From Felis catus (lineage: Eukaryota), in contig NC_058368.1 in NCBI RefSeq assembly GCF_018350175.1, positions 231,014,001 to 231,078,000 on the forward strand: a stretch of DNA of 64,000 nucleotides, given 5' to 3'. The translations under genes and the position numbers were made by a program. The notes below the pieces were generated by a model. That model saw only the letters and a list, made by a program, of their open reading frames with translations, searched no databases and was not told the DNA's origin. The number at the start of each line of letters is the position of its first letter. The stretch's first letter is position 1. Shown one piece after another: positions 9,890 through 22,193 of the stretch.

Positions 9890-12640
9890 AACCTGCCTCC
9901 GGGGACCCCGGCTGGCCCTGGCTCCTGACGGTGACCATGCAGATCACGCTCGCAGGTCGCCACGCGGGTCACCAGGGGCAGCAGGGCCGGGGCCTGGGGG
10001 CGGGGGAGGTGGGCGGCAGGCACTCCGGGAAGAAACTCCGAATCCCTGGGGCCTGGAGGCGCCCGCCCGCGCTCGGGCGCAGAAGGAAACGGGCAAGGTC
10101 ACCGAGGGGCGCCAGTGGGGCTCCGGGCAGAACCGTTTTCCCTGCAGGCGAGGAAGGGTAACGGTCGGGGGGAGCCCAGATCGAACAGCCCCGACGAGAG
10201 GTGTCCAACCTGGATCCGAGCGCGGGCCCCCGGGGGTGGGGGGTGGGGGCGGGGGTGGGGGGTGGGGACGGGGGTGGGGGGGAGAATTCAAGGGCAGGAG
10301 GACTCCGGGGGCGGGAAGCGACCAGGAGGCGGCGAGGACGCGAGATTAGCGGCGTCTCCCGCGGCGCTGTGACCTCGGGCAGCGCCCCCCACCCCCCCGC
10401 CCGTGACCCCGGCCCGGGATGCGCAGGCCACCCCCGGCGCCGCACGCGCCGCACGCCCAGACAGCGACGAAGAGGCGCTCTAGGCGGCGGCAGAGGCGCC
10501 GCGGGAGCCTGGGCAGAGCCGGGATCGGGGTGGCGCGGAATGGCAGGGAGGGATCCGAACCCTGCGGAGAAGCCAACTTACCCGGCCGTTGCGGTCGGTC
10601 TCCTGCACCTCCTCGGCGCTCGGCCCCCGCCGCACCAGCGCCCTCAGCAGCCCCACGTCGTTGGCGCAGGCGGCGCGCAGGAGGGTCGCCTCCTCCGGGA
10701 CGCCCTCTGGGACGCTCTCCGCGCTCGCGGTGCCGTATTCCTCCTCGCCTCCGAAAGGGTAGAAGGAGTCGTCCGAGGCGATGCTGCGGGTGTCGGGCAG
10801 ACACGAGAAGTCCTCGTACTCCTCGTAGTCGGCAGGGTCCTCCCCGGCCTGAGCGTCCCGGGGTGGGGACGGCGGCTGCGGAGACACGCGGCGCGCCCCG
10901 CCGCCCTCCGGCCCGGGCCCGGCCAGCAACACCATGCCGGCGGCCGGGGCGCGGGCCGGGAGACCGGGGCGCGGGGCGTGCACCGAGGTCACCGCCCCTC
11001 GTCCCCCGCGGCCCCAGAAGAGCCGTGCTCCGCGGGCCCCGGCCCGGCGGAAACGAGCGCCCGGCGGCCGCGCTCGAAGACTAAAGTCGCCGCAGGCGGG
11101 AGAAAAGCCCCTCGGGGGTGGGAGGAGCCGCGGGGGCTTTCCGGGCGCGGCGGGCGGGGACCGCGCGGGGGGGAGGAGGGCGGGGCGGCCGCGCGGGCGG
11201 AGGCGCGCGCCCCGGGTCCCCCGCCCCGGCGCCCGGCAAAAGTTCGGAGCGCAGCGAGGGCTCCCCGGCGCCGGAGCGCGGAAACGCACGCGCCCGACAA
11301 CTAGCAGCAAGGCCCCGGGAGCCCGGACGCCGGCGCCTCGGGCGGCGAGCGGCCCCGCCCTCTCCTTCGGCGGCCCCGGGGAGGAGGGCGAGGGTGGGGG
11401 CCGGGGGACCCCGCGAGCCGAGCCTGCTTCCCGCCCCGGGAGCCTCCAACACCCCTCCCCCGCGCCCCCCTCCCCACCCGCCGTGGCCCGGCACCGCCCG
11501 GGGCGTCAGGCCTCCCGGTCGGGGTTGGAAGTTTCCCGGCGTCGGAGCCACTGAGCTCGCTTTTCCGCGTCCCCGGGAGCCGGGGCTCGGGGTGGGGGCT
11601 GACTCCACTCCGAGCTCAAAGCGGGGAGTCCCGCGGGGCGCGGAGGGCTAGTGGGTGCACGGGCGGCGGGGCCGGGGTTGCCCGGCGGGTCGCGCCCCCC
11701 TGAACTGGGAGCTCCCGGAGGGGAGGGGCCGCAGAGTCCCCCGGTCGCGCAGCCCCCGGGCCCACTGTGGCTGGCAGGCTGCTCCTAAAAGAGCCACCCT
11801 AGGGCGGCGTCTCAGGGCCTTGGTGGAAACTGGGGGGCGGGGGGGGGGGCTCCAGGCCGGGGCTGTGAGGCTTCCCTCCTCCCCCACTCCTAGCCAATGT
11901 CACCGCGCCTGGATCTGCGGAGTCAAGACAGAGAACCGCGTGAGGCCGCGACCGGGCGCTGACACGGCGGCCGGCTGCCAAACGCAGAGAGCGGGGCCGC
12001 GGGAGACTGCCGCGGTCCGGTCCGGCGCCGCCGCCCCGGCCTAGGGGTGGAGGTCTGCCGCGGGGAGCCCCCGACCTCGGGGAAGACGGTGTGCGGCGGG
12101 CCACAGCCTCGCGGAAGAGGCTGTGCGCGGAGGGCGCTGCGGTGAGCCCGGGTTGGAAGAGTTGCCCCTTTGGCAGAAGAAACCGTTTGGGTCGTGGGGG
12201 CGATGCGGGTCCCGCGAGGGGCACAGCCACGCCTCTCTCTGCCCCCCCTCCCTCCTTTCCCTTTCCACCGCTGTTGACAGCGTGCCCACCCGGGGCAGGC
12301 CCGGGCAAGGCCCCCGGGGCCCCAAGGTGGACGCGACCAGGCAGACGAAACCACGCGGTGGGGGGGGGGGGGGGGGGGCTAGCTTAAGGACCCCTGGCTT
12401 GGGAGGGCGAGCGGAGGGGCTCAGTAGGGGAACACGGTCAAAAATGCCCTGGGTGCGCGGTGGGGCCGGAGCCAGGTTGACCTGCGAGACCTCGTGAGCC
12501 TGTCTCACTGGGCGAGACCCTCCGTGGCGATCACGCGGACCTTCAGTGTCATCGGAGCAGGCTCAGAACCCAGCGTCCGCAGGGCTCACGAGGGTGCGGG
12601 GGGCGGCGGACCGCGACTTGTGGCGAAGACGCATCCATGC
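9890..12640. promoter_or_regulatory. CpG island / ANKRD33B promoter and 5' UTR
   Basis: Very high GC and undepleted CpG around exon 1; multiple GC boxes (e.g. GGGGCGG near 11182, CCCCGCCC near 11353). Confidence 0.92.
10582..10935 (-). CDS. ANKRD33B: Ankyrin repeat domain-containing protein 33B, coding exon 1 (118 aa, [10 protein letters not shown]...QETDRNGR)
   Basis: Translation matches my recollection of the human ANKRD33B N-terminus (MVLLAG..., [41 protein letters not shown]). ATG in strong Kozak context gccgccggcATGG. Phase-0 donor CGG|GTAAGT at 10581-10576. Lies in a CpG island. Confidence 0.95.
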
Positions 12641-15567
12641 CTGAGCACTCCCTGAGCTAGCAGTGAACTCAGGTGCCCTGCTCCCTTCTGTACTCGGGAC
12701 TTTCTTTCCGACGTCAAAAATACCCAAGTCATGGTTTGCTTCTCACCTTTTTCTGTAACTGGCCACATTTACATAAATTCCCACTGGGAATTTCCCCCTT
12801 TTCAGGGTCGCCAGTGGTGGTAGCGTTGCCAGAGGCCCGTCAAATAGTCAGGGGATTTACAAGTTGAAATGCCGCCCTCCCACCCCCATCCCAGGTCAGG
12901 GTTGAGTTGGCTAGCCCTCCCCTCCCAACCTTGTAAGGCAGCGTGTGGTTTCAAAGACAGAACTCTAGCGGGCTGCGGCGGGGTCCCTGATGGATGGAGC
13001 CCCAGAACCCACGCACCCTTTTCTGGAGTCGGGCAGCCCCGTGGCCCTCATGTCCCCACTAGTGAGCAGCATAACTTAGGCCCTGTGTTCAGAGTTCACC
13101 ACTTCCTCCTTTTCTTTCTTAGAAATTTGGATCCAAATAGCACCGGGATGGGGTTTTCCCTTGAAAGATAAATTTGTGGAGCCGTTTACTCCAAGTAAGA
13201 ACTAGCTGGCCATTTGCCAGTGACCAGACTCCCAATCCGGGCTGACCGTTTTCAAACCCTTTTAGAAACGCACCCCTTTTACCACAAAGACAATGGATTC
13301 TCAGTGTCGCCAAAAGAACACAAAATGAGGCGTATGTATTTTTAATAAAGTCAACACTTACACGTGACGTGTACAAGATCTGCAGAGCAAGGAGAAAGTA
13401 GCTTATGAAAACTGCCAACACGCCCAGGATAACTATAAATCAACATTTTGAGAAACTGTATCGGATCCAAGACGAAGCCCACCCCACCGTTCAGAACCAG
13501 GGCTGGAGGGAGGATGGACTGGGAGAGTGGTTTTAAACCTTCGCACGTCCGTCTGGAATTCAGCACACGATTACTGTGAAGTTACCCTGTTATTAAAATT
13601 AAGATAACCATAAGTCTTGATGATATAAACGGCTCTGAAGGATCTGCTGCTCCAAATATGTTGCCCCGTGGGCACAGAGAGCTAGCCGATGTGAGGGGAA
13701 TGAAAAATGCTTTTTATTTTTTATTTTCTCGTAGGAAAGGCATTGTGGTTTGGGGGTAAAGAGCAGATTCTGATACCAGACCCGGCTTCTTGTTATGACT
13801 TCACCACTGCTGAATTGGAAGCCAAAGGTTCTACGTTTTGAATGTGTATTACTGTGGATATACTCAGGCATACTGTGGGTATAACCTTAATTCGGGGGGG
13901 GGGGGGAGGTTTTTTAAGCCAAATGGGAGAAAAACACTAATTATAGGGAACGCATTAATTTTGCTGCCCGTTACAAACGATTCCCAACTAGAATCGAGAG
14001 AGATGCTTGCAAAGAAAGAAGAAAAAGCAGTGTGTTTATCAATTTTGTTAACCCTGTTGCCCTTCCCCCTTCCCGGGCCGGTAGCAATAAAGCTCATTAA
14101 CATGAAAACGTTTCTTTGCTTGGCTTTGGGCTTTGGGCTTTGGGAGGGAGCTTCGTGGGCTGGCCTGCGTCTTGCTTTCTTGGGGTCCGGACTGAATGAC
14201 AGGCACAGTTCAAAGAAAAGGGGAATAAGGCCAGTCCCTGTGGTTGGTGTCAAAGGAAGAAAACGGGGTCTCGGGGTGGGTCTGGGGCCGTGGAGGAGCC
14301 CACAGGCTTGGCTTCGCGAAAAGGCTGAGAAGCTGCCTGAGACGGAGCTTGGAGATGCACATGGCCTTCTAAGGTCAGCAGCCGGCTCCACAAAGCTCCC
14401 CTCTGCCTGTGTGAGAAGAGGAAGAAGTGACGGGAGGCAGGACACCTTTCAGTCACTCGTTTTTTGAAAACAGTTTAAGCAAACCAGAATCCTTTGACCT
14501 GGAGTTTTTGCAAATTTCCCTGGGTTGATGACAAGGAGGGAAGCAACCTAGAGTATCCTGAAATCAATCTATAGAATGACGAGACCAGCTTACCTTTCTG
14601 AGCTGCTTAGAAGTAGAAGAGTCTCTGTGTGTATTTCTGGATCTCCTTATTGAAGAGATTACCTGCTGTTCGGCCCTAACGCCTTTCAACTGACGGACAC
14701 AAGAGCCCGCTCTCGCTGTGACCTGAGTGGGTCTAACCATTTAACAGCTTCGTTTGCTTTTAGGGAGGATTTCTGCCTTGGAGGGTAAATATGTGGAAGA
14801 TGTTTGTGCAAGGGCACCTGATGCCAGTTCTTCCTTTTTCCTGCTCTTGACAAGGAATTAGCAGTAACGGGGCATAGCGAGGGACGCCATGTTGACTCAA
14901 GGACAAAAGGCCTTGGGTCTTCATCTGAATAAAGTTGGTTCTTTTTTAAGATCGAGGTTATGATTCTGAAGGCCAATTCGAGGAGTGACATCTGATGTCA
15001 AAAGCTGTTAAGCAACTTACACAACAGAAGGCTTCTCCGTGACCCCTGGCCTCCCACCCCAAGTACAGGGCAAAAGCCCCCCCCAGTCCCCACCCCTGCC
15101 CTTCTGCCATCACTGCTTCTTTGTTCACGCCCCTGGAATAGCTCTTACAGCCCCGTTCTCCACTAATTTTTGCAGAACTATTCTCCTTAAAACCCGAGGG
15201 TTCACCAAATTCAAAATCAAGTCTTAGTATTTTTGATGTCCGGCAGCTAAGCGGGTACCTCGCCGTCTTGAGTGATGCTCAATGGGTCCTTGTTAGAGGA
15301 GAGGGCAGGCAGGGCTGCTAGGCCAGCCCCAGCTGTGTCTGGGAACCTTCTGGATTTATACGCGATCGAGCACAGGAACCTGAACTTTCTTTAGCCATTT
15401 GTACTTCCAAGTCTCTGTTTCTTCAGGAATTAAAAAACAAAAACAAAAACAGTGCACTTGGGATTCCCACCTGGGTGGGAGGACTTGGGACCCTGAGCAA
15501 CGTCCAGGGCAACGTGCCAGCTTCTGACCTTCTGTGGTTTCCCGTAAAGCCAGATTAACATCAGGAA

Positions 15568-15715
15568 TTTTTGTTACGTTTATTTATTTATTTTGTGTGT
15601 GTGTGAGAGACAGAAGGAACGGTGGAGGGGCAGAAAGAGAGGGAGAGAGAGAATCCCAAGCAGGTTCCATGCTGTCAGCACAGAGTCCTACGTGGGGCTC
15701 AAACCCACAACCTGA
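15568..15715 (-). mobile_element. Truncated Can-SINE
   Basis: Antisense tail and 3' body only. Confidence 0.85.
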
Positions 15716-16151
15716 CCTGAGGGGCCTTCTCAGACCTTCCTCACTGCCCTCAAGCCCAACCCACCGCCCTCCTCAGAGCCCTCGCCTCCCGCTCCACACA
15801 GAAGATGAAAGCAATCTCCTCTGGACTCACAGTCACCTTCGCTGACACTCATCTGCCTCTCTGGCCTTTGTCACCTCTCAGTTGCCAGTGGAAGAGGCTC
15901 CCTCCCCCACAGCCAGAGCCAGCGCCCTCCTCCCTGGGGACTCTTAATACCTCCCTGTCAGGGTCCTCATATGTCATGCGGCACCTGTCCTTGGCCATCA
16001 ACAACCCGCTTCAGATCTGCATCTTAAAACAGATTCTGCTCCCCCTCCGCCTCCCCCATCCTGCTGTGCTTTCACAAACGAACTTTCTGCAAGATAAATC
16101 TTCACCAAGCCCCAGTGTTGGTGTTTCAGTTACTCGTTTAAAAAATGTGGC

Positions 16152-16331
16152 TTTTTTTGTTTGTTTTTTAGACAGAGAGAGAGAGACAGAGAGAGGGAGG
16201 GAGAGAGAATCTTAAGCAGACTCCACGCTCAGCACGGGAGCCCGACAAGGAGCTCTATCCCACGACCCCGGGATCATGACCCGAGCTGAAATCAAGAGCC
16301 AGGCTCAGAAGCTCAACCGACTGAGCCACCC
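16152..16331 (-). mobile_element. Can-SINE
   Basis: Antisense body ending ctgagccaccc. Confidence 0.88.
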
Positions 16332-18759
16332 TAAAAACGTGTTTTTGAAGATTACAAAAGTCACATGTTTTTTTGGAAAAGCCTCCAAGCACTCTGAGTC
16401 CACAGAGTGGGAGGACGATGTCTCCCCTCTCGGTTGCCATTGTTACTGTTTGAATGTCTGTCATCTGCTTCTTCCCCTCCCCTGCTTCCCCAAGGGACCT
16501 GCAGAGGCTTCTTCATGGACACTTCCAGCTCTGACCCAAAGTCAGCGTCTCCACACGGCTCTCTGCCTGAACAGTGGCCCCCGAGAGGAGACACAGACAG
16601 GGTCGCCTGGACTCCCTCTGGCTGCCCACAGGGTAGTCCCCGCGGCTCCTCAAGGCAGAGCTGGGAAGCAGGGATGCCCCTTACTCGCGGCCCCCAGGAC
16701 TCCAGGAAGGGGAAGGCAGTGGGAGAGGGGCAAGGCTGAAGGACAGTGAACTGAGTTCCCTCCAGAGTTCACCAGAGCACTCTGGTATTCCATTCTTGGA
16801 CCAAACATATCCCCCCCAGTTTAAGATGATAAAATCGCAAAGTTCTATTCTTCCCCCCCTCCCCCCCAGTCTGGAGTTATTCAGACAACTGGTTTACTGA
16901 GCAAAGCAGATGTACAATCAATGTCTCAATATGCGCATTTCATCATAGATTTCCTCCATGGAGCCCTCCCCGCCTCCCCCCCCCCCCCCCCCCCCCCCGC
17001 CACCAGTGACTCATGCCCACATTCCCTGCAGTGGCAGCTGGTCCCCCTCACCGGACTGCAAGGACATTTCAGGGAGAGGCTCCCCTTTGAGACCTGACTT
17101 TTGCTTTCTTCCTTATTAGCACAGATTCCCATCCCTCGAGCAGGTATCCTCGACAGTGTTTGTAAGTTTAGCGCTGATTTAATGGGAGGGATAGAAAAGC
17201 ACTCCAGCTTGGTCCCGCTCTGTGAAGCAGCCGCTAGACTTGGGGAGGAGACGCGGGTGGTGGCCCACGTGCTCACCAGATAGGCGGTCAGTGTCCCCGA
17301 GAGCCACCATCCGGGGCCGGCGGTCGCTCCAGCCGGAGGGTTGCACGATGTCCCCACAGAGAGCAGGCCCGCGACAACGTCCTTGAATTTGGGGAGGCAA
17401 GCTGAAAGGCTTCCTCTGTTGAGGGGAGCAGCTTGACCAGAGTCCTTATGCGGGGTGGTCAGCTGAGGGGATGTGCCGGCACGTTCGGCCATTCAAACCT
17501 AACGGGGTGCGTGTGTCGGGTGAGAGGTGCAGTGAGGTTGCCCGGGTCACTGTTGTCTTGTCACGTAGGGCCAAGCGGCTCCGGTGGTCCCCATTCTCCT
17601 TGGCAGGATCGTGTCCCCCAACACATACCTAGGAGGACATAGCATGGCGGCTTTTTCGACGTCACCTAATTCTCTGCCTCTCTGTTACCAACGGCCTGTC
17701 ACCGCTCACCATGTCGGACTCTGCGCTTTGAGCCCCAGGTGCTTGGGCCCTTCTCCAGGTCATCAGGGGAATGGCACCATTTCTGAACTCTATCAGCCCC
17801 AAAATACCTCATACCGAACTGAGTTTCTTTCTTCCCCGAGCCAGCACTCCTAGGGCTCTCGGCTGTAGGCGTTCCCTCAACGTACCCTACTCCAGCCCAC
17901 CCTACTAAAAGAGAAGGGTCCTAAAAAAGTGGGTGTGGTCCCCACCCTGGGAGGTGCTCAGAGCCACTGGCCAATTCTTGGGCCCGTTCTTGGTTCTTGC
18001 TATCCAGACGCTTACCACTTTGTCTTCCCCTGACCACACTTGGTCATAGAAGACCACCTGACCCTCCAGTGTCAGGGGCCACCAGGCTCTTCACTCTGTG
18101 ACCACCCTCCCCTGGCAAGCTCACCTCCCAGGCTGGTCCCACACCAAGGGCTCCTGAGGGGAGCGTCAGGAGCACAGCCATACTGTGCCCAAGACAGCGC
18201 CACCTGAAGGTCCCTCCAGCATCTTGGGACTCCGGTGGGCCAGACGGAGCGCACATTTTTCTCCCACAAGTTGGCTCCTCTCTCTGCCCTCCTTAAGTTG
18301 ATTGACGTCAGCATCAACCCTGAGCCAAGATCCTTCTCCTCATCACCTCCAGGTCTCCTAGCTCTGCTACTCCCCCCCCCCATTCCCTGTCAATTTCCAC
18401 TGCCACATCAGGTGTCTCCCCAGGATGCCTGTCTGCGGCTTTGCCTCCACATCCCCAGCCTGACGCCGACCGTGGCACATGTTGGCATATGGCACAACTG
18501 TTAGGGGTAAAGTTGACACGTGTGGTTCGAGATCCCACTTGGCACCAGCCTTACGACTCAGTCATTCGCACAAATGTATATGCGTGTCCAGTAAGATGGG
18601 GGCTGGGCCACTCCCAGGAGCTTCATTCATCATGGGGAAGAGGAGGAAGAAGGAGGAGAGAAAGAGAAATCGAGAACTAGAAGAAGAGAAAACAAATGTT
18701 GGCCAAGAAGGGATTGGATCCATTTGCTGTGGCCGATTCGGCGCTCCAATCATGGAGCG

Positions 18760-19785
18760 GAGCATCACAGTGCCGTGGAAATGCATGACCTTGGCTCCAC
18801 CGGGCAACAGGGAAAAATGTCACCAGCAGAATGTTGACCGAAGGAAGCCAAACACAAAAGAACACACGGTGTATGGTTCCATTTATAAGAAGTTGAACAT
18901 AGGGCAAAACTAATGTTTAAACGCACACACACACACACATACACACAGGCCCTAAGTGGTGTCATTTAAGCTAAGTCACTAAATCCGGACTTAATACCTA
19001 GCCTCCTTGTAGTTGCAACCTCCCCTTGAAATGCAGTCTTATGGGGTCAATTAGGAATCGTCGGATCAGCACCCATGAGGAATATGTCACCCGAGTCTTC
19101 TCCATTGGTCAACCCCCCACCCCCATCACAAGGAAGATGAGATATTCTGACATAATAAGACCCCTGCAGTCCCCCTTAAGGTAAAGTGATATTACCTAAA
19201 CCAATCCTTTCTCCTTTCTATTCTTTTGCTAATAACTTTCTATAAAAACCTTCCATTTGGGGGTGCCTGTGTGGCTCAGTCATTTGGACACCCCACTTCG
19301 GCTCAGGTCATGATCTCACGGTTCGTGGGTTCAAGCCCTGCATCGGGCTCCGTGCTGACTGTGCGGAGCCTGCTTGGGATTCTCTCTCTCTCTCCCTCTC
19401 TCTCTGTCCCTCCCCCACCTCAAAATAAATAAACTTCAAAAAAACACAGAATACCTTCCATCTTGCGGGACTTCTCAAGCTGTCTTCTACGTGTTCCATG
19501 GAAGGCCTCTGGATTCATGAACCACGTAATGAAACCAGTTAGGTCTTCAAATGTACTTGGTTGGATTTTGTTTTGTGAACACTAAGCTCTTTTGCTAGAA
19601 ATCTGAATAATGTTTACCTTTGGGGAGGAGGAGGGGCAGCGACTGGAAAGGAGCCAGGGAGGTGTCTGGGGCATGTGGAATGTCCTGTCCTATCCATAAT
19701 CCTGAGAGATGACTGCAGATGATTCATCAATCTGTACCCTGACGATTCTTCCCAATGTTGCCCACACTTCAATAAATTTCTTAAA
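18760..19785 (+). mobile_element. L1ME-type 3' end split by an LTR insertion
   Basis: gaaggaagccaaacacaaaagaacacacggtgtatggttccatttata...aggcaaaactaa before the LTR; resumes tttacctttggggagg...cttcaataaa after it. Confidence 0.7.
18914..19581 (+). mobile_element. ERV1-class solo LTR (MER34-like) containing a Can-SINE at ~19259-19445
   Basis: TG...CA termini flanked by 4-bp TSD CTAA (18910-18913 / 19582-19585); internal CCAAT and TATAAAA; resembles recalled MER34-type LTRs. Confidence 0.75.
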
Positions 19786-20489
19786 ACTCTCTTTAGCTTG
19801 GGTAACTTATTTAACCCCTCTAATACTAAATATCCCTCGCTAAGGATGAGGGAAGACAGGAAAACTTTACAAAGAGGTTTAACCTGGAAACTAACTGAAG
19901 AAGCACTGGGTTAATATTGGCTATTCTTATTCATTAGCGCTCAGTGAACCTGCCTGGAGGGAAATATAAACAAAAGCCCAACTCTCCCCACCCCCAAAAT
20001 TCTCTTAATCCCTGCAGCTGGAGGCCCTGCTTCTACAAAGGAAAACCCTCTGGAGGGGCGCCCACCCCTTTCCAACCCCCCTCTGAGAAGGGAATTTCTG
20101 CCCCCACCCCACCGAGTGGAGCGAGGAGGGGCTTGTCCAGGCTCCAGATCCCCTCAGGATCTGGAATCTGGGATCCTTTCTAGGCTTACTCACGTTTTAG
20201 CCATTTCTGGTTGGCTCAGGAACTTAATTAACCATTACTAACATCATTGTTTACCCCCGAATTCCCAATGGCCAGATCACCGACTGGAATGTCTACCCAG
20301 TGTGCCCCTCAGATCTACTGTTGCACATTTTAACCCAAAGAATGACATTGAAGATGAAGAATGTCCCAGTCCCCAACTAGCTCACCAGAATACCCACCAT
20401 TCTTCAAGATCAGCCTTCTCTGGGGGACATGATTAATGTAATTCTCAGAAAGACATGAGCTTTCCTTGACGAGTAGAATAGTCTTTCAG

Positions 20490-20650
20490 CTACTGTTTAA
20501 CCTCTTTGTGCTCCGCTTTCTCTGTCTAGAAAGATGACAATAGTAATCGTGTCTTCCTCACAGTTTTGTTAATGAGGATTAAATGAGCTAGTTTATGTAA
20601 AATGCTTAAAACAGAGCCTGGCACATAATACGCGTTACGTAAGTGTTGGG
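20490..20650 (+). mobile_element. MIR remnant
   Basis: gaggattaaatgag...atgtaaaatgcttaaaacagagcctggcacata MIR core. Confidence 0.75.
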
Positions 20651-21439
20651 ATTGGCATCACCGTTGTTCTTTAGAACACAAGCACATTGTTTCTTCAGTT
20701 TAACTGTCCTGAAGTCTGAGCCCTCGTCTTCCTCTGCTCTAACTAGCCTCCGGTTATACCAGGTTCCAGAAAAACACACAGGAGAAGCAGGGTGGAACAC
20801 GGGAGAGTACCAGCCACCTGAGACCTGGTGTCATTCTGGAAGATTAAAAAGTGAAGCAGTGAAGAGGGTAAAGACGACAGGCAAGGATATGATCATCATA
20901 CTCTCCAAAGCCCCAGGGCCACTAGGTGCCACAAAGCCGAGGCATTGGTGGACCCATCCTGAGCCATCTCCCAGGTCACTGCCCAGCCTCCCACCAGCTG
21001 TGGCAGCAACGTCCTTCTTCTTTGAGCAAGTCCTCCTTTAACACAACAACTAGTAGCCCTTCCACGCCGAAGGCCCTTCTCCAGTTATGCGGTGAAACAC
21101 GGTCACCGCCCATTAGCCTGCCTTCTCTCCTGGGACAGGAACGAGGGAATAACAAGCACAGAAAAGCTTCCAGAAATTTACAGACTGTCCTGATCTGGAA
21201 TTGCCAACTTCCTTCCGCCATGATATGTCAAAGCTCCACTGAACTTTCACACTCGGCTTTTAGTAGGACACCTTGGTCTCCTGGAATCTTCCTCTTCCCC
21301 CTGCCAATCCCTTCCTGGGACAAGCCTCATCTTTCCTGCCAGAGGGGCTACTTCCCAATCCTGAAGCTAGAAGAGCCACCCAAGGTACAGCCATGGATAT
21401 TCCCTGGTCTCGAGTGACTATTTAAATCTTTGAAACCTG

Positions 21440-21656
21440 GGGGCGCCTGGGTGGTGCAGTCGGTTAAGCATCCGACTTCAGCCAGGTCACGATCTCGCGG
21501 TCCCCGGGAGTTCGAGCCCCGCGTCGGGCTCTGGGCTGTTGGCTCGGAGCCTGGAGCCTGTTTCCGATTCTGTGTCTCCCTCTCTCTCTGCCCCTCCCCC
21601 GTTCATGCTCTGTCTCTCTCTGTCCCAAAAATAAATAAACGTTGAAAAAAAAAAAA
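21440..21656 (+). mobile_element. Young feline SINEC_Fc
   Basis: Near-consensus; 18-bp TSD ttaaatctttgaaacctg (21422-21439 / 21657-21674). Confidence 0.95.
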
Positions 21657-21803
21657 TTAAATCTTTGAAACCTGCCAAACCTGAAATCCATTTATCTGAC
21701 TTCAACTCTTTTGGGTGAATGCCACAAGACGTTGAAAACCTAACTTTCAACGGCCCATGGCTCCTCTTCAGTCAGAACCAGTTCTTAAGAAGTATAGCTT
21801 TGT

Positions 21804-22026
21804 GGGGCTCCTGAGTGCCTCAGTCGGTTAAGCATCCAACTTCAGCTCAGGTCACGATCTCACAGTTCGTGAGTTCAAGCCCCAGGTCGGGCGGTGTCTG
21901 ACAGCTCAGGGCCCGGAGCCTGCTTCGCATTCTGTGTCTCCCTCTCTCTCTGTTCCTCCCCGCTTGCACTCTCTCTCTCTCTCAAAAATAAATAAACATT
22001 AGAAAAAAAATGTTTTTAAGAAAAAA
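21804..22026 (+). mobile_element. Can-SINE
   Basis: TSD aagta(t/c)agctttg. Confidence 0.92.
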
Positions 22027-22193
22027 AAGTACAGCTTTGCTTCTGGTTGACCTTGGAAGTTGACACATACTTCCCTACCAACCTGTGGGATTCCATCAGA
22101 ACCTGCTCCATAATTAAATGAGACAGTCCTTTGCACGATATCTTTTCATCCGTTCTTCCTACTTAAGAATATGTTGTAGATATCTTCACATGC

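Larger units (their letters stand above)
1..10581 (-). other. ANKRD33B: Intron 1 of ANKRD33B (continues beyond the left edge)
   Basis: Follows the GTAAGT donor. The expected continuation (TGLIVACYHGF-like ankyrin repeat) is not seen in 1-10581. Repeat-rich. Confidence 0.85.

Noticed and set aside
10480..10581. ORF continuation VSWLLRRV... past DRNGR
   Set aside because: Intron read-through beyond the GTAAGT donor.
10936..11310. 125-codon in-frame upstream extension of the ANKRD33B ORF (ORF 10480..11310)
   Set aside because: Starts at TTG, is low-complexity R/P/G/A, and stops are rare in GC-rich DNA. The ATG at 10935 has a strong Kozak context and matches the known N-terminus.
9810..12508. 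Many long overlapping ORFs (e.g. 10201..11304, 10934..11554)
   Set aside because: CpG-island artefacts; no recognisable domain.
13838..14467. Overlapping 209-aa plus and 193-aa minus ORFs, possible retrocopy
   Set aside because: Non-ATG starts, no recognisable homology, no poly-A or TSD. A tblastx/BLASTp search would settle it.
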